63,911 nt of DNA, filler included, from Reclinomonas americana ATCC 50394 (GCA_048213135.1; 10 parts of 10 records of this genome joined end to end with filler, not necessarily neighbours in it), one strand, 5' to 3'. Shown: positions 36,440-50,800, counted from the whole stretch's first letter. The notes: generated from the sequence alone by a model not told the origin. Program-made: numbers and translations.

Positions 36440-36919
36440 TTACACGCGGGCACCCGACGCTGCCAGAGAGGGGAGAGTGAGACGACGACCATCAACATGG
36501 AGAAAACAATGCAAGCGCACGCGGTGCGATGACGTACCAGGAGCGGCAGCCGACGGCGGCGTGGGACGCGGTCCGATGGCAGGCAGTGTTCGGGTAAAGG
36601 TGCCGGCATTCTGCGGCCGCGTGGCGGCAGCGGCGGCAGCACTGTTGAATACACAGATGAGCGGTCAGTCAGCCAACGCCGTGCATCATGCTCACCACAG
36701 CCAACCAGCTGCTGCTCACCGCTCGACGGCCGAGAAGCCACCATAGTCGCCAGGAGCACCAATCGAAACATGGATGAAGAGACGGCCGAGGTCGAGCGGT
36801 GAATGCTTCACGTCGATCAGCGGCACAGTGCGGTAACCAGGTCGCAGGCACGTCACCGGGCAGACGGCTTGCGCGATAATGTCGCTCTTGTCTGCAGCGA
36901 CAGTGAGCACAAGTTGGAT

Positions 36920-36968
<49 letters not shown>

Positions 36969-39900
36969 CAACAAAAGTCCCCTCTTCTCAGCTCCTCAAT
37001 CATCTCTCTACCCTCGCGCCCCCTCCTGTCCTTCACTGTGTGTGCTTCTGTTCGTCACGCAACTCATCAGATCCTTGTCCTTGACAATGAACCGGATAGT
37101 GGCCAACTCGGGGCACGACAGCGGCTCAAAGGCGAGTGTGGCCGGTCCACCGAGCTGCACCTGATTCTGCCACACGGGGTGGAAGCCATCGTCGTCCACA
37201 TACGGTGTGTGGAGCTTTTGTGAATCGCTCGGCACGCCAACAATCTCGATCTCGACAAACGGATCGACAATCTCGCCCTTTTCCTCCAGCTGCGGCTTCG
37301 GCAGCTGCCATGCGCTGAGAACCTGCACGACGGCACACACAAGCACTGCATGAGTAAACTGCGCGCACGGCTGCAAAATAATACAACTACAAACTCACCG
37401 TAATAACAAGACGGAGCTTCAGCGGGCCCGGTTCCAGCGGGCTGAACGCGATTTCTGGCTGCCGCATAAACTCGGGCTTGAGCACGTAGCCGCAGTTGCC
37501 GTTCTCGGCGAAACGACCCTGGTTGAGCCACATGTGCTTGTCGCGGGTCTGGAAATTGAGTGCCACCAACTGGCAGCCACAGTTCCACGCGGGCTGCGGG
37601 TCGTAGTTCGACGAGTCGAAGCGCACGCCCATCGGGTACACGCGGCTAATCATGCGCGTGTTGTAGGCGATAAAGTCCTGCGGTGACTTGGCACACAACT
37701 TGTTGCACTTGTTCTCGCTGAACGACGACATTTCGTACGGCAGGCCGCGAGCTAGTGAGGTGAACGTGGATGAGCCTTACGACATCTCCGGACAAACACA
37801 CAACACGCAGACAGACGAGGGGGGGTAGACGCACAGAGTCGCATGGCAAACGAGTCAAAGTGAATGGTCTTCAAGTAGACCGTGTCGGAGAGGCCAGGAT
37901 GTGTGGACTTGTTCAGCTTCGGAATCTTGATTGGTGACGGTCCAGCGGACGGCACCGCCACCGCCGACGATGAACCCTCGCCACCGTCCAGTGCCTGCGC
38001 GTGAACACGTGAAAGTGAGCGACGAAAAAAGAGAACGGACTTGTGCCACCACACTCACATCGGCGCCCTGGCCAGCAGCACGGCTCTCGAGAGTGGCGTT
38101 CTCATCTGCAGGGGCGGTAAGTGAGCACAGGCAAAGAAAGCGATGTGATTGAAGAAAGGCAGAAATTCGCAACTCGCTTCTGCAATGGCTGCCGCCTCCT
38201 CAGCGCGCTGCAGCTCCGCCAGCGTCGACTCGTCCATGTCGAGCAGGAAGCCCATGGGGGTGGTCGTCTTGCCCTTCACCAAAATCTTGTGTCGTAGCTC
38301 GTTGGGTGAGTGCAACTGCATCAAGCGCTGACCCACCGGCGACGGCTGCAGCATGTCTGTGGTGGTGGTGCTCACGACGTGAGCGTCTGCGGCGGCGATG
38401 CCACGGAGAATCACTGCAACTCACCGCCGAGAATCTCTCGCATGATCTCGCCCATGCGCTTCTGCTGCTCCAAACTGGTGTGCGTCTCCAGCGAGAGGAT
38501 GACAGGGAATGGCGACTGCACAAACGCCGTCTCCTTGATGGTGCGGATGACATCGGCAAACTGCGAGCGAGAGATGAGTATGAAACAGGAAAAGAAATGT
38601 GCTACCGGAAGCGGCACCTTGATCTTGGAGGTGAAAGTGTGACCGTGGAAAATGACCGGCTCTCCATCGCTTCCGTCCCAGCAATCGACTGCGCGATGAA
38701 GTGAACGGTGAGGAGCGACTGAGTGTGTTTCGTACGCTATGCGGCTGTGAGTGGTTGTGTGTGATACGCAACGTTCCACACAGCGGCAACCCATTTGCAG
38801 CGCCAAACGGTACATGTCGACCGAGGAGGCAGAGCGCAGCTGATCGCCGGTGAGGTAGGTATTGTGCGACGAGTTGATAAAGTAGTGCGCCAATGGCTGG
38901 TTCATGTCTTGGTACAGCACACGTCGCTCCGGAGCGAAGACCTCGTTCTCGTTACTGAAGAGGAAGTTGATGAATCTGTGCCACGTCACGAGTGGAAGAG
39001 TGAGGACCTGCAGCAGCAGCAGCACCCAACAGCACAGTTTCCACACACACACCCGTCGATAGTCAGACCCGGGGCATCGATGGTCGGTTCGTGGCGAACG
39101 ACCAACTCGCGAATCTGTGCAGGTGTGGCCTCCCACTGTGCGGCGGTGAGTGGCAATTAAAACGCGATGCGAGCGGCCTCACACGCAACTCCTTGCTCGC
39201 GGCTCAAAAACATTCGCAGCTCCTCCGGTGTCATGTGATACCGGACGCGCTCCTGCGACGTGGGGCGCACGTAGTGATCCCACAAAACGTGCACTTCGGA
39301 GCGCTGCTCGCCAACAAACAATCAGTGATCGACAAATAGAGATGGAAACGGGAGAGAACATGGCTCCCACCTGACGCAGACTGTGATAGAAGGCGACGAA
39401 TTCCTCAAACGAGAGAACCTTGTTGTGGTCCGTGTCCGCCAGCTTGAACTTGGAGCGAAAGTCTTCCGTGCTGACGCGAATGTTGACGTGTTCGAGCAAG
39501 TCCTCAATCTCACGACGCGACAGGAGGCCATCATGATTGCGGTCGGCCTTGGTCCACTCCTTTTGCAGGAACCTGCATGCGCACACGCGATGGTAAGCAC
39601 TCGGCACGATGACTGCTCCGGTGAATGGCCAAAAAAAAACACGGCAGGAAACGAAACGCTCGCACAGGGTCGTTCTTCTTCTCCTCGCGTGCCGCATCCA
39701 CCAGATACTGCATACCGTAGTACCATCGCTCGTAGCTCTCCCGTGTGTCGCACGTCAGATCCAACGACGTGGTGCCATACATCAGCGAGAACGAGAACTC
39801 AGCCTGCGACGATGTGAGTCACCGGGACGATTAATAAAGCAGTGAATGTTGCATCTTGACCTTTTCGGCCACTGGACTACGGCGGAACACGTCTGTGTTC

Positions 39901-40576
39901 TGACCATTGCGGATCTCTCGAATGTCGCCCATGAAGACTGCGAAGAGACGGGAGTGAGTGGAGGGGGAGAGAGAGAGTGTGACGGATTTGACCGACTCAA
40001 CTCCGCTGGCCCTTGGAAGACGGCTTCCAGGTGACTTGCATGCCATCGCTCGACACTTGCACGAAGCGGCGCTGTGGGCGACCGCGTCGACCGTGTTTCA
40101 GCAGCTCTTCGCCGTTCTTGAGGGCTTGCTCGTAGCCCACGAGTCGCTCCCGAGGAATGTGGTCATATTGCAGCTGCGGAGGAGGAGGAGGAGTGTGAGA
40201 GAGGGTGGAGGGAGAGAGAGGAGGTATTGATGGTGGCGTAGGAGTGAAGGAAGCGATGCGTGTGTGTGTGGGAGTGTGTGCGTGTGTGCCGCGTAAATGG
40301 CATGGTTTCACCACCTCTTCTCTCTCCCACTCGCGCGCCACTTTTTCTCTATGCATGGTGTGAGCAGTGCACAGACGGGACGCCCAACACACGTGTGCGC
40401 AGTGCAAGGAGACGAGGGAGTGCGAGAACACGCACAGCGGGAAACAGGGCGCGGAAAATATCAGGGATTCTCAACCGCTTCTCGCTGCGTGTGTATGTGT
40501 GCTCTCCCACCCAACGTACCCGCGCTTCCGGTGCACTGATCTCCAGCTCAACCGCCTTGCAGCAACCAGATCCCAT
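36440..40576 (-). CDS. Phosphoinositide-specific phospholipase C (PH, EF-hand, X, Y, C2; delta-like)
   Basis: PH LLKHGRRGRPQRRF; EF hands DRNHDGLLSRRE and DTDHNKVLSFEE; X box YFINSSHNTYLTGDQL, DCWDG, IFHGHT; Y box SRVYP..RFDSSNYDP..GCQLVALNFQ; C2 DPFVEIEIVG; N-terminal MGSGCC acylation motif; terminal exons tentative. Confidence 0.93.
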
Positions 40577-41631
40577 CTCGGCGCCGGTCAACAACAAATC
40601 TAATCGGCGATTCGACTGAGTGGAATGATGAAACAATGCGCGGTGGTGGCTTTTGAGTGGGGAGGGAGCGTGGAGAGAGACGTGCTGCAGCAACGCTGGG
40701 TGCAAGAAGGGGACTGAAGAAGGGGGGAAACCGGTGCCTTGAGCACATGTGCAGCAATTGCATTGCATGATCGGGCGCCGGATTCGGATGCACTGGCCAG
40801 CATCGTGCAGCTCGATCATGCCAGCCATATGGACCACGACCAGCAGTATCGCATACCTTCCAACTCAATGCTACGATGGCGAGCTGCATTCGAATTCGAA
40901 CCGCTGCGCTTGTACGTGTGGTTCGGATTCATCCTCCTTTCCGGAACAGAACATTTGCGCTGCTCGCAGATAAAATCATACAAATGAACAAGCGCACGGG
41001 AGCTGCAGCGGCCGACGCCACTCGAAAGACGCCAGCTTCTGGATTGATTCTCCGAATCCAAATCGATANNNNNNNNNNNNNNNNNNNNNNNNNNNNNNNN
41101 NNNNNNNNNNNNTTAATTAATTAANNNNNNNNNNNNNNNNNNNNNNNNNNNNNNNNNNNNNNNNNNNNATATTGTCATAAGCCGTGGTTTCTCTTGCAGA
41201 AACGCCAGCATTAGCCATCTCGACTTTCTCTCAGTGTTCACGTGATGTCTGAGTTTCTGGTGCTCACTCAAGATGGTGATCATCATGCAGCTGCTGCTGT
41301 TTGGATTAGTAAAGTTGTTGTTGTTGTTGTTGTCCGTCCGACTGCGCATGCGATATCGATATCGGCGCCAGATTTCTCCTCCATCGCAGCACAAGACCTG
41401 CATCTGTGCTTTTCGCTCAAGGCGGTTCACCACCATGCAGCAGCGCTTGCGTGTCCTTGTGAATTTCGTGCCAAAAACGAATCCTGTCAAGGCGGCGGAC
41501 AATAAACGCCGTGTTCCACTTTACCCTCGCTCTCGGTTGTCTTGTGAGTTCCTCCCCGCCTCCGCCACCCCATCCTCCGCTCCCCTCTCCTCACTGCCCA
41601 CGCAACTACACAGTTCTCCCCTCCCTCATCC

Positions 41632-42920
41632 ATGTCGCGTCGTCCCGCTGTGGAGAAGATCTCCAAGGCCGAGTGCATTGTGTGCCAAGACACTGTCGAG
41701 TGCTACAAGGTGCCTCTCCACCACACAATGCCACCACTGTGCACTGCTGACATGGACCTCACCATGGCGTGTTGCTGTTTGTTGTTGTCCAGCTCGGCTG
41801 TCGAGATTTGATCAAGGGTGAGCACTTTATGTGCAAGGGTTGCCTGCAGGTGCTGCTGAACCAGCTCGGCGACGAGGCGGTGAGTCGACTCACTGAGTGA
41901 GCCACTTGTCTCTGTCACTGACATTGAGGTAAATAGGTGTCGGCGGAACCCGTTCGGTGTCCGGGCCGCGGCTGTGGCTGTTGCGTGCCCGTCGTGCTCG
42001 AGCACACCACGTGCACGCGAGGTCTGACTGCTCACCTCGCGTTCTTTGCGGTGCAGTTATCGAGCCCGAAATCCTGCGCGATGCCGCCACCAAGGACCAG
42101 TTCCGTGTTTACGAGGACCACATCAATGGCTTCTTTGTGATGCGAGTGGAGCGCGCCACCGAGTGCCCGCAGTGTCACACCATGTGCACCCGAGCCGATC
42201 CGAAGGGTATTCGTACTGTTGCTGCCGCGTTTTGTTGCCTTTTCTTTCACAGTCACTGATGGGGGACGACGTGTCGCTGCAGACCAACGTGTGACGTGTG
42301 CGCTGTGCACAAGTGTTGCTCCGGATGGCCGAGGTGTGCTTCTATCGTCCGCTTGTCGTCGTCGTCGTTGCCCTTTTTGCTGAGTTCCAATGTGGCGACA
42401 GACTTCGACTTTTGTTTCTGGTGTGGCAAGGAGTGGCTGGCTCGCGAGCGCACTCACGGCTGCGGCCGAGAGGAAGAGTGCACTGGCGATCCGTGGCTGG
42501 TGGCGCTGCAAGCGGCCTCCATGACGGTTCGTGTCCGTGACTCTCTAGTCTGCTGTCACTCCGTCTCATCCGCGTGGTGGCGCAGAAAATCCGGTACCTG
42601 CGCGACGACCTCCTGGTGCCCGACACGCGCGCCTGTCCCAACTGCGGACTGCCTGTCGGTTACCACTCCGACTGCAAGGTATGCGCGCGTCCGTCTCTGT
42701 GGTTCTCTTTTCCTGTGTCGTCGTCGTCGTCGTCTCACCGCTCGGAAAACAGCACATGAAGTGCCCATCATGCCGCACCGAGTTCTGCTTCGTGTGCCTG
42801 CGCTGTCGTGCGCCGTTGAGTGAGGGCGGTCAGTGGCCGGTCGAATGTGGGTCGTACACCACCACGTGCCAGTTAGCCCCCGTGCAACGCGAGATCCCCG
42901 TGCTGCGCATCGTTCTCTGA
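41632..42920 (+). CDS. RBR (RING-IBR-RING, Ariadne-like) E3 ubiquitin ligase
   Basis: CIVC..HFMCKGC..VRCP (RING1); CPQC..FCFWCGKEW (IBR); RACPNCG..DCKHMKCPSCRTEFCFVC (RING2 with catalytic C-x-H). Confidence 0.85.
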
Positions 42921-43029
42921 TATGTGAATGTACATTGACAACGCCGTGTCGGAAACACACACATTCAGTCGTACTTGTCGCCACACACACAAGTACTGTA
43001 CCCGGTGTCTGCAATCGGAAAGAGAATTG

Positions 43030-44585
43030 TTAGAGTGCATTGCGGAAGGTTGGTGGGTGTGGTTAGACGCAACAGACAGGCCGACGGCATCCACGGCACT
43101 TGGGATATGATCTCGAACCAGCGCGACCGACTGGTACCACCACGACGCGAGGACGCACAAACGTTTCAAGCTCCACCAGGGGATCCAACGGCTGTCCATA
43201 TGCACTGTAGGCCCGTGAGGGGAGTGGTCGCACTCGCTGTGGGGCAAGAAACCGGTCAGATTCGCTCCGTCATCGCACACACAAACACACGGTGACACTC
43301 ACCGCGGCTGGCTCCACACGGCGCCACGATGCCATCTCACGACCTCCACGACGCGAGTCAAGGTGTGATGCACTTGTCGGGCAGTGCTTGTTTCCACAAT
43401 ACATCCCCGACATAGAACTTAGATGCCAACGGCATCCGCAGCGGAAACAAAACTCGGTTCCACAAGCGCACCGACCGCGCACCGCTTCGGGAATGTCGGC
43501 GATACACGCACTTCCGCACTACGCATCGAATGCAAGGTGAGTAAGACAGATCAAGAGAGATATTGGGAGAAGAGGCAAAGCGCGCACACCCCGGGACACG
43601 ACACAATGTGCAGCGAGTCACTCCACGACCGGTTCAGAGCGTCTTCGTACTCGAGCATCAGGTCGGCCTGACCGAGACTCAGAACCGCGTGCTGAATGAC
43701 CGTCAGCGGAATAGCTGCGCGCACAAGCACACCAGTTTAATTGCTGGGCGCGCCACGAAACAAACAACTGACGCACACAACGCAACGAGTCTCACAGCAT
43801 TGCAGCTCCGGTTCCGGGTTGCCGGCGACCACCTTCCACACATGCTCTACGATGCATCGCGTGTGGATGACATGCCGACAGCGAAGCTCGTACGTCGGCG
43901 CCCCCGGGTCCACCTGGTTGCACACCGAGCAGCTTTGTGTACCACCCGCCGGCAGGAAGCGCACACTGACATTGTCGAGCGACGGCAAGTCGTCCATGTT
44001 GAGCTCCACCACGACCTCGCCCGCGTCCGCAGCAGCTCCCGGCGCTCCAGCCGCACTCGCACCATGTACAGCAGCAGCAGCAGCAGCCGATGCGGGCGCG
44101 GCAGAAGGCGACGGCGAGGAGGATGATGACGCACCCAGACGCTGCGATTGCTTGTTAGGTGAGACACAGAGTGAGACTGGTCGACACAATAACACGAGCG
44201 CAACTGCGGCTGGCGCTGGTGCCCCCACAGGCGGTGCCTGCGGCGTACTGCGCACAAACAGCGAACTGCGTCGGAGAAACACCACAATCTCCAGCAGCGC
44301 ATGATTGATCTCGTGACGGCGACTCTGCTGCAAGTGCTTGCGACACACGCGACACTGTATACGGTCAGCCTTGTCGCACGCCTGACACCTGGGGAGGTTG
44401 CGCGACTGTGAGAAGAGCGAGAAGAAAGCGCGTGTGAGCGTCAGCGGACAACAAACAGAACCCAACAGACAGTGCCCGCTGCCGCATGCTTGGAAGACCG
44501 GGCGTCGACCGTCGGCGTCGGCGTATGCGCTGTTGCAGCTAGGGCAGCTCAGATACGGATCGAGTTCCTCTTGCGCAGCGTCCAT
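43030..44585 (-). CDS. RING + RING/IBR protein (RBR-like E3); 3' end uncertain
   Basis: LSCPSC..ACGSGH..CQAC..CRVCRK (RING); CSVC..CRHVIHTRC..LQCC (RING); SCPG..CACGTEFCFRCGCRWH (IBR). Confidence 0.65.
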
Positions 44586-44637
44586 GAATGAAACAAGCGG
44601 ACGACAGGATGCAAGGAGGACGACAACACGCTGGAGA

Positions 44638-46523
44638 ATGATATACGATGTGCGAAGCAAGACCTTCCTGGGCTTTGTGCGTGTGCCGCCCAATGCCGAG
44701 TTCCAGCGCAGCTCGTCGCGATCGCCTCCGCGCACGGTGACTGCTGCTGCTCCTCCTCCGCCTCCACCTGCGCCTCAACAACCACAAGAAGAGCAAGAGC
44801 AAGTGCAGCCGCAAGAGGAGGAGCCAGTGCCGCGATCGCCGGCTGTGGTCGCGGCTGGTGCTGCCGCAGTCGCGGCTGCAGCAGTGGCCGCTGCGTCGCT
44901 GGGGCAACCAGAGGAGCCAGAGGAGGAGGAGGAGCTGGAGCAGGAGGAGGAGGAGACGATTGATGACGTGTGGGCGCGGTATGCAGGCTCGCGTGGCGTT
45001 CCCAGTGGCAAGCCGTGCGGCTTCCCGAACATTGGGTGCGTGCGTGTGCGTCTCTATGTGTCTGCCTGCGTGCTCTCATGGTTTGGTGGTGGACAGCAAC
45101 ACGTGCTTTCTCAACTCGCTGCTCGAGTGTCTGCGGTATGCGACACCGCTGCGCCGCTTCTTGTTTGAGCGGTACGGGCGTGGCGGAGGGCGCAACGATG
45201 CCGGCAATGCGCTGCATCAGCTGTTTGTGACGGCAGACGAGTCGCGCAGCGTCAGCGGTGGAGATGTGTCGGTGAGAAGAAGAGTGTGGCAGGAGAGTGT
45301 GTTCGGAAACATGCATCTCACGTCTGCGTGGTGTGTGCAGCGTCTGACCCGTTCTGTGGGCTTCCATGTGGGCCGCCAAGAGGATCCCGGGCACTTTTTG
45401 ATGATCCACCTCATCCCCCGGACGGCAGGTTCGTGTCCACTCACAGGCGATCCCCAGAAAAACTACTCTCTCACACCGTGACGGCGCAGGTTCTGGACTC
45501 GGCGAGGTGCTGAACATCAAGAAGCGCCTGATGATGGGCTGCAGGGACTGTCGGCAAGACACGCGCGAGGAGACGGAGCCGGTGTACGAATGGTCCATCA
45601 ACGCCGACGATATGCGCCGACCTGGTGGACTGGAACTGGCGCTCTCGCGCGAGGAGACGGAGCAGGTGACGCCGAATGGCATCCGGTGCCGCGGAACATG
45701 TCCAGCGGGGCGCGATGGAGAGCGACCGCGAGTTGCGTGTTCACCCACGCCGGTTTTTCTCTTGCACTACCTCATCACCCACGCTTGCACAGACCACGTC
45801 GTGGGAGCAGAGCAAGTTTGAAATGTCAGAGGTGATGATTCTCCGCGTGCAGTGGGAGATGGGCGACGGCGGTGGCTACGACGACGGCTACGGTGGTGGC
45901 GGTGGTTTCTTTGGTGGCTTCCGCGGTTTCGGTCGCAGTTCGTCGTCGTACCACGGTGTGCACATTCCGATGTACGTCAACGTGCCGGCGCGCAAGCAGT
46001 CGTTCTCCCTCTTCGGCATCATCGTGCACTCGGGCTTCAGCCTGTACAGCGGCCACTACACCGCCTACGCCAAGGTCCTTTTTTCCCTTGCAGCTGCCTG
46101 CTGCTGTGGCTTTGCCCTCTGTCTCACAATGCAGTGCGTGCACAGGGACCCGGTGGCCGCTGGTACCATTTCAACGACTCCTCGGCGTCGCAGGTGCGCG
46201 TGGAGGAGATCGAGCGTCTGGCCGCGGGCGGTATCTCGGGCGGCTGCAAGCCGATCATGGCGTTTTACCGCGTCCTCACGCAGCGACCCGTACGGCACTC
46301 GCGATCGGTGCAGCGAACTGCGTCGGCCTCCGCCGCAGCGGCCGCGCCCGCATCGCCCAGCGTGCAGACAGCTGCCGCCCCGTCGATGGAAGTCGACGGC
46401 TACGAGGATTATGACGATCGCCAGCAAGACGCGAGGGAGTTCAGCTTCTCGGCTCTGGCTGCCACCGCCATGTCCGGCAGCAGCAGCGAGACGTCGGGCG
46501 GCATGACACGCCGATATCGGTGA
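44638..46523 (+). CDS. Ubiquitin-specific protease (peptidase C19)
   Basis: Cys box GFPNIG/NTCFLNSLLECL, QED motif GRQEDPGHFL, His box VHSGFSLYSGHYTAYAK, WYHFNDS. Confidence 0.9.
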
Positions 46524-47005
46524 AAATCGATGGTTTCCGGCGACAGCTTTGACAGGATCTAAAATCGGAATCCAGCCGCGTCCACTCATGTCGCGTTGGC
46601 TCCGGACAATGAACGGCGATGTGCATGGCATTGGGCGTGATAGGGAGAGACGGACACAGGGAGAGAGACAAACGCGTGAGTTGCGAAGTTCGTGTTCGGT
46701 GAGATGCAGACATGGCGCAAAACGCGCATGCATCGCACACTCACGCTCACACACGCAAACAAACAAAGAGCACGACGCAGCACGATCACGCGGCACCTCT
46801 CGGAGCATGTGTCCGTGAGTAGGGCATTATAAATGGCCCCGAAGCTGACCGGACGCGAGAGGGGGCCGACAACATAAAGCTGTCAGCCTGGAGCACTGCA
46901 GTCCATCGGTCCACTTTCCTCACATTTCACATTTTTCACAACTTTGTGCGCCAAGAGCACCACACTCCCTCTCCAACCACCAACAACAACCACCACTAGT
47001 ACATC

Positions 47006-47606
47006 ATGGTGAGCGCGTGCGCGTGTGTGTGTGTGTGTCTCTCTCGTGCGCGTGTGTGAGAAAGAGCGGAGAAACTTTTTATGTCTGTGTGTTTCGTTTT
47101 GCAACTCACACACACACGCGCGCTTCTTTCCTTACCATCACAGGGCAAGATCACCGTGCGCATTCGTGACGCTCAGAACCTGCACACTGGTGAGTTGATG
47201 ATGCGACACACACACAATGCGCCGGACAATAAATGAAACAACTCTCTCACTCACACACTCTCTCTCGCGCGCAGTCTCGTGCGGCAAGGACGACACTGTG
47301 TTGCAACTGAAGGAGGGTACGTGCAATCACACACACGCTCTTGTTGAATGTGTGTCTCACTTTTTATTTCTCGCATGGTCAACAGCTATCAAGGCATCGG
47401 TTCCGCGCATGGCGCAATTGACACCCGACGCAATGCGACTTGTGTTCCGCGGGCGTGAGTTGGCCCCCGACACGGCCACTCTCTCCTCGCTCGGAGTCGA
47501 GGAGGACGCCAACATTATGTTTGTGCAACGGTGAGCAAAACACAAAAGAAAAGTGTGTCTCTTCATTGATGCTCACTGTTGTTATCAATGCAGAGTGCGC
47601 GGGTAA
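47006..47606 (+). CDS. Stand-alone ubiquitin-like protein, ~82 aa, ending VQRVRG
   Basis: Five exons splice in frame to MGKITVRIRDAQNLHTVSCGKDDTVLQLKEAIKASVPRMAQLTPDAMRLVFRGRELAPDTATLSSLGVEEDANIMFVQRVRG*; DTVxxLK, RLVFxGxxL and TLxxxGV match the ubiquitin-fold pattern. Confidence 0.85.
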
Positions 47607-47798
47607 ACTCAACGTTTGCCTGTCTCCTTTTTTTCTTTTTGTATTCTCTCCTCTCTCTCTCTCTCCTTCTCTTTCATGGCGTTTGAATAAAACAGACAAG
47701 ATCTTAAACAAACAAAAACATCATCAACAAAGCTTTCCCGGGACGACAAGAGTAAGATAGTCGGTGCTGTGCTTTCTTTTTTATTGGGAAAAAAGGGG

Positions 47799-50420
47799 TC
47801 ACGACAAACGCTCGAAAAAGAGACCTTCGATTTGACCGGTGGTGTGCGAGACGCGTGTGCCGGCCAGCATCTCCGTGACGACCTCGTCCCTCAGCACGCG
47901 CGCTCGGGTGTCGTCAAAGAGGCACCAGCCAATGTTGGTCTGTGTTTTCAGTGTCAGTGGCTTGCTTTCGGTGCTTTCTGCGGTCGCAGAGCTTACCTGT
48001 ACGACGGAAAAGTAGTGGCCCGAGGTGGCCGAGCCGGCTGTGATGCGGCGTCGCAGAGACGTGAGTGAGTACGGAGGTGTGCCTTCTTTCCCCCTAGCTG
48101 GTGCACGGAACTGTGGTACACGAGAGCAACCAACTGGTAGCGGCCGCCTGGCAAGTCGGTCTCACGAGGAATCGGTGGCTGGCGCAGGCTGCGTTGCGCT
48201 CCGGGAATGGCCTCGTGCTCCGCCATGTGCACGCGCAAGAATGCCACTGGTCCGAATTCGTGCGCACTGTGCTCCACGGCCGTGACCTGGTGCAGGCACT
48301 TGTTAATTTACCAAGACAACCACACTGTTGTAATTCACGCACCTTTCCCTTGCGGCACAACGGACAGCGCACAGCCACCGCACTGTGGTCGTGCGAGGAA
48401 AGTCGTCTCACGACGGCCTCGAACGAGCCGGCCTCTCGCAGCTCGACCGGCACCTCAAATGTGAAGTCGTCCTCGGTGGCTTGTGGCGGCACTTGGCCAC
48501 ACTCGGGGCACTGCGCAAAAATAAAAGTGAGATGGCACACACACACTTAACACAGCACAAGAGTGACGAAGCGGCTTCAAACGTGAGCTGCAGCTTCAGC
48601 TTGCACTGAAACGCCGCACGCACGGCCTCGGGGAGACTCGGGAGAACCACTTGCGACAGGAACCACTGCGACAGAATGTCGGTGCAAGTTGAGAACACAG
48701 TCGCGGAGAAAGACGCAACTCCAAAGTCCTCCTGTTCAGTGGCGGTCATCAGTCGGCGCGTCTCCTCTGTCAGGCTGGCCAACATATCCTGCAGCACACA
48801 CACTTCAACTTCAGACACAGTTGCCTCACCAGCACAGGGGAACAATCGCCGCACCCGCCACCACTCCACGAGGTCATCGCCGACTTGCGGCCACAGGAGC
48901 TTCTGCTGCAAATCACGCAACAGGCCGCCAGTCGTCTTGTCGCCCTCCTTGACGCACAATCGCTCCACATTGTACATCATCGTCAGCAGCGTGAACGTGC
49001 TGTTCGCAAAGCAGGAGACGCCGGTCAAGTTTGGCAGGCCTCGCACCGCAGGCTCATCCACTGCCTGGTGTGCGCCGGAGCCGTTGCGATGGTGGGCGCT
49101 GACTGCGGCGACCCCGTGGTTGAGATTGGTGGCGGCGGGCACGCGATCTTGTGGCCACGGGGCACGTTGTGGTGGCACCGGCAGGCCGTCGTCTTGGTCG
49201 ATACCGGCGCTGCGACGAGCGGCGGCCTCTTCGCGTTCGACTTCGCGTTGTCGCCTCTCGTCCTCAAGCTGCCACTGGCGCTCGAGAGCTGGCCACTGTG
49301 CCATCATACGGTCCTCCTCGTACTTTTTGCGCATTTCCTCACGCCGCCGGTCCTCCTCCGCGTATCGTCGTCGCCTCTCTTCCTCTCGGGCTCGCTCTTC
49401 CTCCCGCCAACGTCGGTCCCTCTCTTCTCGCGCACGTTGCTGCTGCTCCTGCCATACGCGATCACTCTCCTCCCTCTCCCGTCGTTGCTGTTCCTGAAGT
49501 TCGGCGAGCCTGCTCCCTCGAGCACGTTCCGCGGCGGCCCGCCTGAGTTCTTCAAGTTTTCTGGTCTCCTCTGCAAGTTGCCTTCTCTCGTCCTCCTGCT
49601 CGGCAGCGCGCCGTCGCGCCGCTTCCGAAGCACCGAACACATCCCTCTGCTGCCGCTGCGCGGTGGTCTCGTACAATGGCGATCCTGGTTGTGTTCGTAC
49701 ACCAGCGGCAGGACGCTGAGCCGCAGCTCTGGCGGCGCGCGCCTCCTCCTCACGTCTTGCATCTTCCTCCTCCTTCACGCGTCTTGCCTCGCGGAGTCGC
49801 GCTTCCTCTTGCAGCTTCGCCACGGCCTCGTCCTGCTCCCGGCGCCTCGCGTCAATCGCTCGCTGACCGGTCAGACCGACAGGAGGACGCTGAAACGAGG
49901 GACTGGTAGGCGACCCAACGCTGCCGCCGGCGCCCACAGAAGCAGCAGGCACCCGACTCGCTCCTGCATTGTCTATCTCGGACTGTACGAGCTTTCCGAG
50001 GACGCGTCGCCGGTCACCAAGTGTGTTCTCCGTTTCTCGGGCAACTGCTCCGCCAAGCAAGCCCTGTCCAGGTCCGCTGATGGGCGTTCTGAGTTTGGGC
50101 TTGCTCGGGAGAAGGGCGCGGCACTTGTCACACGGTTTGAAGCGAGAGGATCTCAGCGCGACTTCCAGGATGCCAGCGGCCTGTGTGAGAGATTGATGAG
50201 TGCACACAGGAGTGGAAATAAAACAGAACACACAACGAGAGCACACCGTTGTTTCGCTTGTGCCGATCCCGCTGCGCAGTATGCCGATGTCGTATGGGAT
50301 AATAGCCCCCGGATGCGAGTGGTCGATGTGATAGAGCATCTCTCTCGCAGCTGTCTGCATTTCTCTCTACCGTGGTAACACATAGAATGATCAGCCGGCG
50401 AAATCACACAATGATCAAAC

Positions 50421-50459
<39 letters not shown>

Positions 50460-50478
50460 ACCGGCATACCTGCGACAT
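47799..50478 (-). CDS. Divergent USP-like protease with duplicated N-terminal domain and charged coiled coil
   Basis: VRGLPNLTGVSCFANS Cys box, EQED, CPEC/CPLC fingers, YQLVALVYH..SGHYFSVVQ, WCLFDD. Confidence 0.78.
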
Positions 50479-50800
50479 GGTGGGCTGGTGAATGAACCCA
50501 CACACACACACACGCCGATGTCACACAAATGAAAGTGGGGTTCGGCGAGTGGCGGACAACAACGAGTCGGAGGACAGCAGCACAGTTACTTTTGATGTCC
50601 TCAGCCTGTGCGTCTTCACTTTAGCACAATGCTTAATCGCTCTACATTCACCACAACGCCAGGCTGCATACATCCAGCACCGGCAACATTATCGGAAAAA
50701 TAAATGGCAATTCAAGGCCTTCTGCGTGCAACTCCATGCTGCTGGTCGTCGCACAGTTGTCTCACTCATTGGCATCATCGTGAGTCCTTCCGCGATCACA

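Noticed and set aside
40600..41600. Short ORFs around the gap at 41069-41168
   Set aside because: No recognisable motifs or consistent splice model
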